Positions 24,236 to 37,600 of a stretch of 64,000 nt of DNA are shown in pieces. The DNA comes from Octopus sinensis (Eukaryota), in assembly GCF_006345805.1 (NCBI RefSeq), contig NC_043008.1, positions 68,510,001 to 68,574,000 of the forward strand, written 5' to 3'. Made by a program: the position numbers and the translations under genes. Positions within the stretch are counted from its first letter, which is position 1. Each line of letters starts with the position of its first letter. The notes under the pieces were generated by a model. That model had not been told where the DNA came from. It searched no databases and was given only the letters and a program-made list of their open reading frames with translations.

Positions 24236-24810
24236 AGCATCAAGCACCATTTGAGTGTGGCTAATGCCAGTGCCATCTGACTGGTACCCATACTGGTGAC
24301 ACATAAAAGGCACCATTTGAGTGTGGCCGATGCCAGCGCTGCCAGACTGGCACTTGTGCTGGTGGCATGTGAAAAGCACCATTTGAGTGTGACCAATGCC
24401 AATGCTGCCTGACTGGCACCTGTGCCGGTGGCATACAAAATGTACCATTTGAGCATGGCCAATACCAGTGCCGCCTGACTGGCATCTGTACTGGTGATAT
24501 TTAAAATGCACCATTTGAGTGTGGCTGATGCCAATGCTGCCTGACTGGCACCCATGCTGGTGGGACATAAAAAGCACCATTTGAGCGTAGCCAATGCCAG
24601 TGTTGTCTGACTGATACCTGTGCAGGTGGCACATAAAAAGCACCCACCACACTCTCAGAGTGGTTGGTGTTAGGAAGGGCATCCAGCTGTAGAAACCTTG
24701 CCAAATCAAATTAGGGCCTGGTGCAGCCTCCCAGCTTGCCAGTTCTCAGTCAAACTGTCCAACCCATGTCAGCATGAAAAGCGGACGTTAAATGACGACG
24801 ATGGTGATGA
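24236..24810 (+). mobile_element. RTE 3' UTR with six 66-bp tandem units plus tail
   Basis: Unit starts 24245, 24311, 24377, 24443, 24509, 24575, then the standard tail. Confidence 0.85.
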
Positions 24811-25084
24811 ATGTGGTATAATACACATATTACTTGTATAATGCATATTTAATGTGGTTTAATACATGTATATTAGAAAGATATATGGTGTAGAAAGATA
24901 TATGGTTGCCCCTGTCAGAAAAGGAAGATGGTGTTGAAGATGTGTCAGGATGTCAGGATGCATCCTCAAATTACAGGAAGTTGAATATAAGAGAAGCATA
25001 GGTGGTTAAGTAGGTCTGTGGGAGTGTGAAGGAGAATGGAAAATGGACAGAGATGGGGACAGAGGGAAACGCATTTAGATATTA

Positions 25085-25700
25085 TCATCATCATTCTCAT
25101 CATCATTTAATGCCTGCTTTCCATGTTGGTATGGGTTGGACAGTTTGACAGGAGCTGGTGAGGCAGAAGACTGTACCATGCTTCGCTGTCTGTTTTGGCA
25201 TGGCTTTTATGGCTGGATGCCCTTCCTAACACCAACCACTCTGCAGAGTGGACTGAGTGCTTTTTACATGGCACCAGTACAGGTGAGGTCAGTTTTGGCA
25301 TGGTTTTTTTACAGCTGGATGCCCTTCCAAATACTAATCACTTTACAGTAAGGACTGAATGCCTTTTATGAAGCTCCAGCATTGGCAGTATCACCAAGTA
25401 ACTTGCAAGACAAAGATCCTTTGAGAGAGAGGGTGGGGGGGAGCAGTGAAGGTGATCTTGTGCCAGATGATGAAAGGTTACAGTGTAACTGAGAGACAGA
25501 AAGAGGTGTTTTGCTGTAGAGGAGGTACATGGTTACCTAGTGGGAGAGAGTGAGAGAGAGAGAGAAGAGTAATCAAGATTGAGGTCAGTAACAGGTGTGT
25601 TACTGAAGAGGCAATGCATGGTTAACCGGTCAGAAGGATAGAGCAAGATATGAGAGAGAGTGGAAGAGAGCAGGAGAGAAATGGTGACGAAGTGCCCGGG
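25085..25700 (-). mobile_element. RTE-tail element with extended purine-rich body
   Basis: Reverse tail after (CAT)n; body resembles 37620-38280 and 42550-43050. Confidence 0.6.
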
Positions 25701-25877
25701 CATACTCACAAGGAATGGGGATTAGATTATATACACATACATGAACATATAGGTATATGTATGTATGTATTTGTGTGTTGTGTGTGTGTGTGTGTGTGTG
25801 TACGTGTGTGTTTGTGCATGCATATAATATTGAAGAAATGGTTGTGGTATGTTACTACAATTTGTAGAGAGAACACA

Positions 25878-26190
25878 GTGAAGGTGCATGGCTTAGTGGT
25901 TAGGGGCATTCAGCTCATGATTGTAAGGTTGTGAGTTCAATTCCTGGTGGGGCATTGTGTCCTTGAGCAAGACACTTTATTTCACATTGCTCCAGTCCAC
26001 TCAGCTGGTAAAAATGAATAGTACTTGTATTTCAAAGGGATAATCTTGTCACACACTGTGTCACGCTGAGTCTCCCCGAGAACTACGTTAAAGATACACA
26101 TGTTTGTGGAGTGCTCAGCCACTTGTACATTAATATCACAAGCAAGCTGTTCCATTGATCGTATCAGCTGGGACCTTTGTTGTCGCAACC
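25878..26190 (+). mobile_element. tRNA-headed SINE (third family, gtgtccttgagcaagacact core)
   Basis: A-box tggcttagtgg, B-box gagttcaattcc, CORE-like central motif. Confidence 0.75.
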
Positions 26191-26429
26191 GACAGAGTGC
26201 TCTTTACCTTAGAGGGAACATCAACAAGCCACTATCATCACTCCATTCAGAAGATGAGGCTGAAAATGTTTTGAGACAGTAATAGACAAGAGAACAATAC
26301 TTTCCTGAACTAATGAGGAATTATGAGAAATCTTTCTTAAAAAAAAGATCAAATACGAACATAGCCATATCTTCAATATCACGTTTGAAAGAAGAGCTGG
26401 TCCTATTATATACAAATACATATATATGC

Positions 26430-26546
26430 TTATGCACATGTATATGTATGTATGTATGCATCTACATAGGTATATATATGTATATATATGAGTGTGCATA
26501 TGTGTATGAAACTACTAATATATACATATTCAAATATATGTATATT

Positions 26547-26609
<63 letters not shown>

Positions 26610-26817
26610 TATATATATGATATATATGTATGTATGTATGTGTATATATATATATATATATAATATATATATATATATTATAATATATATATATATATAT
26701 ATACACACACACGCATTTTCATATTTTTGTGAGTGTATGTATACACACACATAAACATTTATGTATGTGTATGTATATATATATATTATATGATGCAGAT
26801 ATATATGTGTATATATG

Positions 26818-26899
<82 letters not shown>

Positions 26900-26921
26900 A
26901 TATGTATGTATGTACACACAT

Positions 26922-26974
<53 letters not shown>

Positions 26975-26985
26975 ATATCTCAACT
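26430..26985. repeat. Compound (TA)n/(TG)n/(CA)n microsatellite
   Basis: Direct reading. Similar tracts at 29950-30320, 43880-44320, 49450-50470. Confidence 0.95.
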
Positions 26986-27697
26986 ACAATCCTTTAAGCT
27001 GATAAGCTATAAGTCCACACCCCTCTCTCTTTCAGAAACGTCTATATTTATAACAATATACAATGTAAGAGTATTTAATTTTTAGTTTTTTTTTAACCTC
27101 TCATCCAAAATACCTCACTGAGCACAATCCATGATCTCTTACAGGCTTTTGTCTTTGTTAGCATTTTTTATGTGCTGAGCATCACCACCACCACTACTAT
27201 AGCCATCCTCCTCGTCCTCCTTGTCCTTCTCGTCCTCCTCTTCCCCTGATCCTCTTCCTCACCTCCTCCTTCCCCACCTCCTCCTTCCCTCTTCCTTCTC
27301 CTCCTCCTCCTTCCCTCTTCCTTCCTTCCTCCTTCTTCCCCTTCCCCTCCTCCTTCCCTCCCACCCCTCTTCCTCTTTCCCTCCTCCTATTCTTCCCTCC
27401 CCCTCCTCACCACATCACTGTCATCGTTGTCGTAGTCGTCATTGTCGTGGTCATCATCATCATCATCATCATCATATCATCATCATCATCATCACTAGCA
27501 CAGCATATAAACACACACACACACACAAACACGTTTATATATAAGAATGAACATGTCATTATTTTGATTCTTGCTGCTCTCTGTGCACATGATTTCCCAT
27601 TGGTTTGGCCGATATCAGCGTGCATCAGCAAATAATTTGCAAAGTTCTATAAACGAGAGCTACCACTCTTGTTTAAGTTCAGTGACCTGAAGTTAGC

Positions 27698-27742
27698 TTT
27701 GACTGAAGAAGCATAACCAGGTTGAAACAGCTGTGTTTCAAA
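27698..27742 (+). ncRNA. Minimal type I hammerhead ribozyme-like fold
   Basis: TTTGA-CTGAAGA-AGC(8 nt)GTT-GAAA-CA(GCTG)TG-TT-TCAAA; stem I TTTGA/TCAAA. Confidence 0.6.
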
Positions 27743-28315
27743 ATCGTCTTATAACACCGACTTATGTGTGTTGTGAAAACACAATCATCTGGAAGGAATC
27801 GTTCTCCAAAGATGGAATACAAAAGTCATTGGTACATTTGCATTCAAATTTGCTGGAATATATTAAGAATGAATATGTACATTGTCATGATGATGATGAT
27901 CATCATCATGATCATGATCATCATCATCATTTAACATCTGTCTTCCATGCTGGAATAGGTAAGGTGGTTTGACAGGAACATGCATAAAGGGTTAAGGGTA
28001 ATGACCCTGCTTTGGTCACTAATCACCATGGGATTGCACCTAGATGTTTCCCACTGAGGCACAAGTCCAGACGAGGTTGTTTGTAGAAGATCAGCTGTCC
28101 CCCATGCATACCAGTCTCTCTTCTTTGCACCACTGATGTTATCTAAAGGAAAGGCAAAGGCTGATCACAGCTTGGCACCAGTGACATCGTGACTCATTTC
28201 TGCAGCTGAGAGAAATGGAACAATATGAAATAACACACAGCCTGATCTGGGAATTGAACTCATAACTTAATGTTTGTAAGCCCGACACTAACTACTGAGC
28301 CATGCACCTTTACAT

Positions 28316-28347
<32 letters not shown>

Positions 28348-29881
28348 TTATATATATGTAGAGTGTATATTAATGTGATGTGAGTCATCCTTTTTGTAAT
28401 AAATATCTTAAATGAATAGGTATCATATGCATACTGTGTACTTAGTGTAAGAAATGAACACCAAAATATTGTAGTGTGTGGAGAATGGTAGAAGAATGGG
28501 TTGCGAAATATTGTAGTGTGAGATGTCTGCAGAGAATGGCAGACAAAATTAATTGCCAGGAAACCAAGAGAAATGTGTAGAACTCCCCACGAAATGAAGT
28601 CCATGAACTGTTCAGATTCCTCACAAGATGTAAAGCTGTCAGTTTCTGTTGCCTAGGTGATCTAATTAGTATGGGGATGGCTCTAGTGAATTAATAGTTA
28701 CTAGAATATAGTAGATGGGATAAAAGTTTAGGAAATTGTTGACTCAGTTAGCAAGAAAGAGATTCAGTTTTCATGAAAACTTTCTCCTACCGTAGGTGCA
28801 GTATGGCCAAATGGTTTGGAAGTTTGCTTTGCAATCATGAGGTCCTAGTTTCTATTCTGCTGTGTGGCACCTTGGCCATCACTTTCTATTGCTGTAAAGC
28901 TGACCCAAATCCTGTAAGTGAAATAGGATGAATAGAAACAGTATGGGAGCCTATTGGATGGATCGTATCTGTATTTTAAAAGTTTAGCTGATTCTGCCTG
29001 AGAACTACTTTTCCAGTAGAGACACATGTCTGTGGAATACTCAGCCACTTACACAGTAATCCAATGAGTCAGTTACTCAGTTGATCAAATAATTGACCAA
29101 CTGATTGTGGCCGCTGCCAGCCTCCCCTGGCACCTGTGCTGGTGGCATGTAAAAAGCATTCATTACACTCATGGAGTGGTTGGTGTTATGAAGGGCATCC
29201 AGATCAGACTGGAGCCTGGAGCAGCCTCCTGGCTTCCCAGACCCTGGTCGAACCGTCGAACCTGTGCTAGCACAGAAAATGGACGTTAAACAATGATGAT
29301 GATGATGATGATAGTCAGACATTCTGATTGAGGTGTGTTAATTATTTTCATTTTCTCTCTTTATGTAAAAATAGATTGCATGAAACGTGTAGAAGATGTC
29401 TACTGCCACATGGTAGAGAGACATGGGGCATTGAAAGTGAAATATGTAGAGGATGGAGAGAATGGAGTCAGGTAAATCTCATTGGGCTGCACAAGGTGAA
29501 CAACTGGACTGAGGGAGAAAGCTGGTTGGTCGTTAATGGTGTCAGTTGATGATTGCAAATCACAAATGACCACTGGAATGGGCAGGTGATATAAAAGAGC
29601 AATTAGCAAGGTGTGGTGGGGAGAGAATGCTTTGTGCTGACAGTGGAAAAGGTAACTGGGGAAGAGTTAGAACTAGAGATACTTGGAAAGAAAGGAACAG
29701 GGTAGAGGAAATCTCAGAGTGTGTGTGTATGTGTGTGCATGTGTGTGTGTGTATGTGTGTGTGTGCATGCGTGTGTGTGTGTAGGTGGGTGGGTGGAGTC
29801 TTTGTGTTTGTATTTGTCCCCACCACTGTTTGACAAGAGGTGTTGGTGTATTTACTTCCCCATAACTTAGTGATTCAGCAA

Positions 29882-29995
29882 AAGAGACCAATAAAATAAG
29901 TACCAGGCTTAAAAAATATGTCTTACTGTGCTTACTCTGGTATACACACACATATATGTATACATATATGTATATATGTATATATGTAATATGTA

Positions 29996-30065
<70 letters not shown>

Positions 30066-30195
30066 TACATATATACATATATACATATATACATATATAC
30101 ATATATACATATATGTATACATATATGTGGTGTATACCAGAGTAAGCACAGTAAGACATATTTTTTAAGCCTGGTACTTATTTTATTGGTCTCTT
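29882..30195. repeat. Inverted duplication centred on a (TA)n run
   Basis: 29882-29946 is the exact reverse complement of 30131-30195; arms continue into the microsatellite. Confidence 0.9.
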
Positions 30196-30274
30196 GTATA
30201 TATGTATATATTATATATGTATATATGTATATATGTATATATGTATATATGTATATATGTATATATGTATATAG

Positions 30275-30317
<43 letters not shown>

Positions 30318-30869
30318 GTATATATGTTATGTGTGTGTCTTGTGTCTGTGTTTGTCCCCCTATCCTCACTTGACAACCAATGTTGGTGTGTTTATGTTCC
30401 TGTAACTTAGCAGTTTGGCAAAAATGACTGATAGAATAAGTACTAGGCTTATGCTGAACAAGTCCGTGAGTTGATTTCTTTGACTAAAACCCTTTTAGGC
30501 GGTGCTCCAGCATGACTTCAGTCAAATGACTGAAACATGTAATAGCGTAAAAGAGTAAATAAGCATTACATTTAACAGAATAATATGAATGCAAAAGGGT
30601 TTTAAAATCCGATTTAAAAGAGTTTTAAAATCTGCATGTCAGCATGGGTAGGACAGTTTGACAAGAGGTGGCAATCCAGAGAGCTGCCCTGGATCCAGTT
30701 GCCTGTTTTGGCATGGTTTCCATGGCTGGATGCCCTTCCTAATGCCAACTTATGAAGTATACTGGATGCAGAGCCTGCCAAAAGAAACGAACAAAAAATG
30801 CATAAACACTTCAAAAAAAGAAAAAAAAAACGTGTATAAATATTTTAATACTAAATTTATTCTGATATC

Positions 30870-31085
30870 GATGCCAGACCCCTCTGGCACCTGTGCAGGT
30901 GGCACGTAAAAAGCACCCACTACACTCGCGGAGTGGTTGGCGTTAGGAAGGGCATCCAGCTGTAGAAACACTGCCAGATCAGACTGGAGCCTGGGGCAGT
31001 CCCTGCTCCCCAGACCCCGGTCAAACCGTCCAACCCGTGCTAGCGCGGAAAATGGACGTTAAACGATGATGATGATGATGATGAT
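30870..31085 (+). mobile_element. RTE 3' tail, CpG-rich young copy
   Basis: ggcacctgtgcaggtggcacgtaaaaagcaccc...ggacgttaaac(GAT)n. Confidence 0.8.
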
Positions 31086-31588
31086 CACTGGATCAATACA
31101 ATTACTTTTAACTTCTACCAATTACAAGAAATCCTCAAAGTGGTGGCCATTAGCTTCCAGACACTTATTATTTCAGTAAACTGCTGCTTGGAGAAATGTA
31201 CCCATGCCATTTTATGGTAGTTGCTCACAACAGCATCAACAAGTCATAAGAAAGTTTCCAGTTTTTTTTAATTTCAAAATAACACTCATTGACTGTTTCA
31301 TACATCAACAATTGACCAAGAGCTCTCTAACATTTTCAGTATTACACCTTACCAACAGTAAAATCGACAGTATTTTCAAAATGAAAAACTTTTTGAAAAT
31401 CTTTTATTAAAATTAGGCTAAAAAAAAGATTTCTTTTAAAAAGCCGACTATGTTGGAAAAGATCAAGAAAAGGCAAAAAAAGGTTAAAGGTAACTTGTAT
31501 TAATCTTGTGATGTTGGAATAAATCTAGCATTAAAATATTTCTACATGTTTTTCTTTCCCTGAAAAGTGTATACAGCTTTTTGGCAGA

Positions 31589-31622
<34 letters not shown>

Positions 31623-31880
31623 GTAACATACACACACACACATTTATACAATATGCACATGCAAGCACACACACACACACATACACACACATATATATAG
31701 AGAGAGAGAGGGAGAGGAAGGACAAAGAGAGAGAGAGGGAGAGGAGGGAGAAAGAGAGAGAGGGAGAAAAAGAGAAAAACAGACTGAAAATCAGAGAGAG
31801 AGAGAAAGAGGGAGAGGGAGCTCAATGTATATGCAAATATATGTATATACAAATGAATATACATATATTTATCTGTCTAA

Positions 31881-32287
31881 GGCACAGGAGTGGATGTGTG
31901 GTAAGTAGCTTGCTTACCAACCACATGGTTCCGGGTTCATTCTCACTGCGTGACACCTTGGGCAAGTGTCTTCTACCATAGCCTCTGGCTGACTAAAGCT
32001 TTGTGAGTGGATTTGGTAGACGGAAACTGAAAGAAGCCCGTTGTATATATGTATATACATATGTATGTGTGTATATGTTTGTGTGTCTGTGCTTGTCCTC
32101 CCAACATCGCTTGACAACTGATGGTGGTGTGTTTACGTCCCCGTAACTTAGCGGTTCGGCAAAAGGGTCTGATAGAATAAGTACTAGGCTTCCAAAGAAT
32201 AAGTCCTGTGGTCAATTTGCTCAACTAAAAGTGATACTGCAGCATGGCCGCAGCCAAATGACTGAAACAAGTAAAAGAGTAAAAGAG
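31881..32287 (+). mobile_element. SINE family 1, full length
   Basis: Head, core, microsatellite and tail all present. Confidence 0.9.
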
Positions 32288-32635
32288 TATCTATACATGT
32301 ATGTGTGTGTGTGTGTGTGTGTGTGTCTGTCTGTCTGTCTCTATGTATGCATGAATGTATGCATTTCATCCTTTTGGAGATTGCAAATTCTTGTACAAGC
32401 ATGTAGCTGGCCGTGAGTATACATCAAAAATGCCCAAATGCATTTGGAATTCTATCTGGCTGCTGTTGGGATGAATTTTCAGTTCTCTCTGATACTTATC
32501 AAGTTTTTAACACAGCAAGACCATACGAGATACTATCTCAGGAAAAATACTGCAGTAACTGGCCTATTGACAGTTTGTATTCTTTGTTATCATCATCATC
32601 ATAATCATCATCATCATCACCATCAGCACCATCAC

Positions 32636-32686
<51 letters not shown>

Positions 32687-32949
32687 TTAACATTTGTTCT
32701 CCATGAGTGCATGGGTTGGATAGTCTGACAGGCGCTGGTAAGCCAGAAATTTGAGCTAGGCTCCATTGTCTGCCTTGGCGTGATTTCTGCAGCTGGATGC
32801 CCTTGCTAATGCCAACCATTTTACAGAGGGGATAGGGTGCTTTTTACATGGCACCAACATCAGCAACTTTCTATGTGGCACCAGCATTGGTGGGGTCACC
32901 AACTAAGTTGCAAGACAAGTTAAATATATATACACAAACACCCCAGTGA

Positions 32950-33470
32950 AGCTAAAATGATTCAAGGCAGTGTATTGTGACCATGTGTGTAACGTGTGTT
33001 TCCGAGCAATATTTACAAATATAAAGGTTTACAGAGAACAGAGTGAGGAATGGGTTGGAATAAGTGGAGGGATGATTTGCATAGTAAGGGATTTATAGAC
33101 CAGGGCATGATATAGAATATGCCCTAGGTGGTGTATGTGGGTGGTGAGGGAAGGAGATTGTTTTGAAGCCTTAGCTAAGAAGGAGTTCAGTGGTGCTAGG
33201 TAGCATTGTTTGAAGTTACCCTAGCCTGGTGAGAACGTTGAGTTGTGACAGTACATTTATACTTAATATTACAGTACAAGCAATTGCCATTCAGAGGACA
33301 CTTTAGGGAATTCAGATGGTCATGCTGTTGCAGGGGAGCTGGAGCTGGCTTGTGGTTGATGTGAAATGACCTGCAAGTCCCTTGCAGGCCTTAGGTGCCC
33401 TATAAGACGCCACTACAATGAGGAGACCAAACTCAAGATGTTTCTTAGAAAGAAATTGGTCTTAGAAGTG
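32950..33470 (-). mobile_element. Penelope-like element GIY-YIG endonuclease remnant
   Basis: Minus-strand KCPLNGNCLYCNIKYKCTVT followed by degraded FKQ.Y..NSF..SLTTHIHHL, the PLE endonuclease pattern. Confidence 0.7.
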
Positions 33471-34180
33471 GTCTTACTCTCTCACTACTGATGGATGTCT
33501 TTCCCAATACCAACTACTTTACAGAGCGTACTGGGTGCTTTTTACATGGCACCATCACCAATGCTTTTTATGTGGCAGCATCAGCAACAGTACTTTTTAT
33601 GTGGCACAACAGGAAATCTAGTAAAAACCAAAGTCTCCTCTAAAAAAAGAATACAAAGTCTACTACCATCTTGGAAGTGTCAATGTTTGATATTGCAGTC
33701 TGAGTAGGAACAGGGAGAACAAAGGTCAGCGATATATTATCTCTGCTGGCAACAAAGGAGTTCTCTTTCTGAAAGAAGGTCAAATTCTATGATGTTTACC
33801 TATAATGTGTAATACTTTATGGTTACAAAACACGAAGATTAAAGGTGTGAGAGGTGTTGAGGGAAAAATAAAATTTAAAGCAAACACAGTAGGTTCTGCT
33901 GGTTGCTTAATGTTACTGTGTATGAATGATGGAGCTGAAATGAGTTGAGTGAAAGGCTGAGAATATGAAAGAAAAACAAGAGAAAATTGAGTATAGATAT
34001 AGATATATATATATGTTGGTATAGAATGGCACCAAACTGTCTCCTGCTTATGAATCATCGTGATGTATGCTGCAAATGACAAAATAACTGGGAAGTCAAT
34101 GACACAGTGTACATGGATTCAGGAGGGAAATCGACATGATATTTGGTCTTTCGAGAGAAAATTCAATAAATAATAATAAC

Positions 34181-34238
<58 letters not shown>

Positions 34239-34277
34239 GTAGTAGTAATAATAATAATAACGATGATGATGATGATG

Positions 34278-34336
<59 letters not shown>

Positions 34337-35163
34337 GATAAAATGGTAATACTATGTTAGTTAATGAAACAGATAAAAAATGTACTAAATATAGTATATT
34401 TAGAATTAGGAATTAAGGAAGCCGACATAGTTGAAAAAGCACATACGCAAATGAGAGAAAAAAGTTAGAGAGGAATATGAAAGATGTTATAGATTAATAC
34501 TAGAAACAGCTGAATGCCAAAAAAAAAAAAAAACAGGCCATAGTTATTGTTAATGGTTACCATTATATTCTCATGCTGTTCATGTAATAACTTACAGTAT
34601 TCTCCACTGGAAACTAAGTGAATTAGCAAGACTAGAGAGGAAAACAAGGAAAAAATAATGACTGCTTTTTGAATACACCACTGCAAAAGTCAACACAGAA
34701 TGATTATATACAGAGAGGTTGGGGCCTTCTGTAACTGAACCAAAAAAGGCCTGTATAAAATATGTACTGTATGGCGAGAAAATATATAGAACTGAATGAA
34801 ATAAAAGCCAATGTAAAAAGCTGTAAAATATGGACAAAAAGAGGGACAACAACATTCCTGTGAGACTATGTAATATAAAACAAACATAATAGATAAGTGT
34901 GAGGAGAATGAAAAAACAAAAACAGAAACCATTTAAAAAAATTGCATAGGTGTAGGCTTGGTTGTATTGTTAAGACATTTCTTGTTGAATTCAGTTCTAC
35001 TGTGTGGTATATAGGGTTAGTCTCCTACTATGTCCTTGGACTGACCAATACCTTTTAAGTAAATTTGGTAAATGGGAATTATTTAGAAGGCCATTGCATA
35101 TATATAATGTTTGCAACACTAGTTCTACTTCTAATTCATAGTTGAATTTCCTCTTATATATGT

Positions 35164-35557
35164 AGGCATAGGAGTGGCTGTGTGGTAAGTAGCTTGCTTA
35201 CTAACCACATGGTTTCAGGCTCAGTCTCACCGTGTGGCACCTTGGGCAAGTGTCTTCTACTATAGCCTCGGGCCGACCAAAGCCTTGTGAGTGGATTTGG
35301 TAGACAGAAACTGAAAGAAGCCCGTTGTATATATGTATATGTATATATATGTGTGTGTATGTGTTTGTGTGGGAACACAACATCGCTTGACAACTGATAC
35401 TGGTGTGTTTACGTCCCCATAACTTAGCGGTTCGGCAAAAGAGACTGATAGAATAAGTACTAGGCTTACAAAGAATTGGGGTTAATTTGCTCGACTAAAG
35501 GCGGTGCTCCAGCATGGCCACAGTCAAATGACTGAAACAAGTAAAGAAGTAAAAGAG
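35164..35557 (+). mobile_element. SINE family 1, full length
   Basis: As the other copies. Confidence 0.9.
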
Positions 35558-35879
35558 TTATATATGCGTCATTGTGGCATACCAGCAAATGGTTTTTACA
35601 CTATTTTCTATATAGTCATAGACAGGTAATTCACTTCACCTCTGGTTTGATTCAGGTACATGATGTTGATTAGCCACAAAAATGACTAAACATCGATGTC
35701 CGTTGTTTCTGAATGAGACTTGAGGTGAGTTGTTTTGCCTATCTGATTTCAGGTGTTTTAACACCCGGTGCTTTGAGATAGAGTCATCTCCATTGTGTCA
35801 AATCACAGCCTACCAGCAAATAAGCAAAGCACATATGTTGTGTATGTGTGTTTGATAAGTATAAAAAAATAAATAAATG

Positions 35880-36110
35880 TGCCCTTTTAAAGCCTAGCCC
35901 GGCTCATGGGCCTGGTTTCCTGGTTTCTATGGCGTATGTGTTCCCCAGCTGGATGGGACGCCAGTCCATCGCAGTGTTACTCATTTTTGCCAGCTGAGTG
36001 AACTGGAGCAACGTGAAATGAACACATGTCGCTCAGTCCAGGAATCGAAACCACTATCTTACGATCATGATGCTGACACCCTAATCACTAAGCCATTCAC
36101 CTCCACATAT
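35880..36110 (-). mobile_element. tRNA-headed SINE, variant family
   Basis: Reverse head (gtggaggtgaatggcttagtgattaggg) and B-box ggtttcgattcc. Confidence 0.65.
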
Positions 36111-36353
36111 AAAGTATAAGGAAAGGTAAAAAATAGAAGTGCAGATATTACTTTATTCCAAGTTGGTAGATATATCCAATAAAAACTCTACAAGTTGTTT
36201 CCAAGCTTAATTCAAAACAAAGCGAAAAATAATCCTTTTGGAATCACAAATTAGGCTTCTCCTTAGGAATTAATTATTGGGATGAACGGGTTCTATCAAC
36301 AAAAATATAAAGACATTTATAATAACCCAGAAATATAAAGTTAGATAAAGCCG

Positions 36354-36424
36354 GTTTATAGAATTACCCTGGGTTTCACGTTCATGAAGTGCTTAGCTTT
36401 ACAGTGTTCATCAGATCCCAAAAC
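36354..36424 (-). ncRNA. Type I hammerhead ribozyme-like fold, stem II decayed
   Basis: Minus strand GTTTTGGGAT-CTGATGA-AC...GT-GAAA-CCCAGGG-TA-ATTCTATAAAC; ~10-bp stem I. Confidence 0.55.
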
Positions 36425-37149
36425 TTGTTGGCTGAATGCCTCTAGTGAGTGGCCTCTCTAGAATATGGAGAAGGAAAGGACCTTGCTACTCAATGTCAAC
36501 AATAGGGGATTGTCTCTCTTTAGATATCGATTGTAAGTGATCCTGTTATCTTGCGGGTTTCAGCCAGCGGGAATTTCCTGAAATGCAAGCATGGTCCAAA
36601 GACCTCCATATATATAAAATCAAACACCACTCACAGTAAGCACTCTGCAGGGGTTCAGCTGTCAAAAAAAAAAAAATAGTAGTTAGGTTTAAGATATATT
36701 TTAACATCACTGTGCTTCTGAAAATCTAGAATCACAACAGTGGAGTGTAATAACGATTAATTTATATTTATTTTTAAATATGATGGGTTTCTTTCAGTTT
36801 CTGTCTATCAAACCCACTCATGAGGCTTTGGTCAACCTGGGGCTGTAGCAGAAGATACTTGTCCCAGGTGTCTTGCAGTGGGACTGAAACCAAGTCCATA
36901 TGTTTGGGAAGCAAGTTTCTTAATCACACAGCCACGACTGTGCCGGTATTACATATTTGTACATATATGAATTCATATTTTAGTTGTAACTTCAATTTAA
37001 TAAAAGATGGCACTGAAAACTGCTGAGAGATAAAAAGGTATTGTTGAATTTATAGGTTACTAAGTGGTCAACTAGAATCTATGAGTTAGGTCCAATTAAG
37101 AAATAGTTTAATTTTTTTGGTATTAATAATCAAACAGTGAATGATATAT

Positions 37150-37600
37150 CCAAGAAGGGCATTGACTGATGAAGAACAAATATAGAAAGTCACAGAAAGT
37201 TGTTGAGAAGGCAATGGAGGCAGTTAAGAGAGAAATTATTAAACATTGATTTGCAAGTGTTAGAAAGGTTTCAAATTCCATAGATATATCACCATATTTC
37301 CCATATTAAAAGACCTTCAATAAGAATAAAGATTTGCAAGAAAGAAGCCTATGATTCCAAAAGCTAATAAGATCAAAAGGTTCAACAAGGCTAAAGAGTT
37401 CTGCCACAAAGAAGCCAACTTTTAGTCTTGAATAATACGATGTAATGAAAGAGAATTCTGCCAATTTTCCAATTCAAAATGGATAATGTGTGGGCAACAA
37501 AGCTAGAGTGTTTGCCAGAAACAACTGGATATAGGGGAGTTGGAGATATTGTACTGGGGGACAGTTTAAGTAATAGGTAGATTAGAACCAATTTTTGTAA
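37150..37600 (+). pseudogene. Degraded Tc1 transposase fragment
   Basis: RRALTDEEQ...RKKPMIPKANKIKRFNKAKEFCHKEANF.S.II.C.E resembles the Tc1 HTH to first-D region. Confidence 0.6.

Noticed and set aside
24245-24640. Regularly spaced 66-bp repeats resembling a CRISPR array
   Set aside because: The whole unit repeats with no unique spacers, there are no cas genes, and it lies in a eukaryotic LINE 3' UTR.
35645-35770. + strand AG/GT-bounded mini-exons
   Set aside because: Stops in the ATG frame and an implied 28-nt intron; no support for a gene.
37168-37200. CTGATGA...GAAA as a hammerhead
   Set aside because: No stems I-III; the heptamer is part of the Tc1 codons LTDEE.
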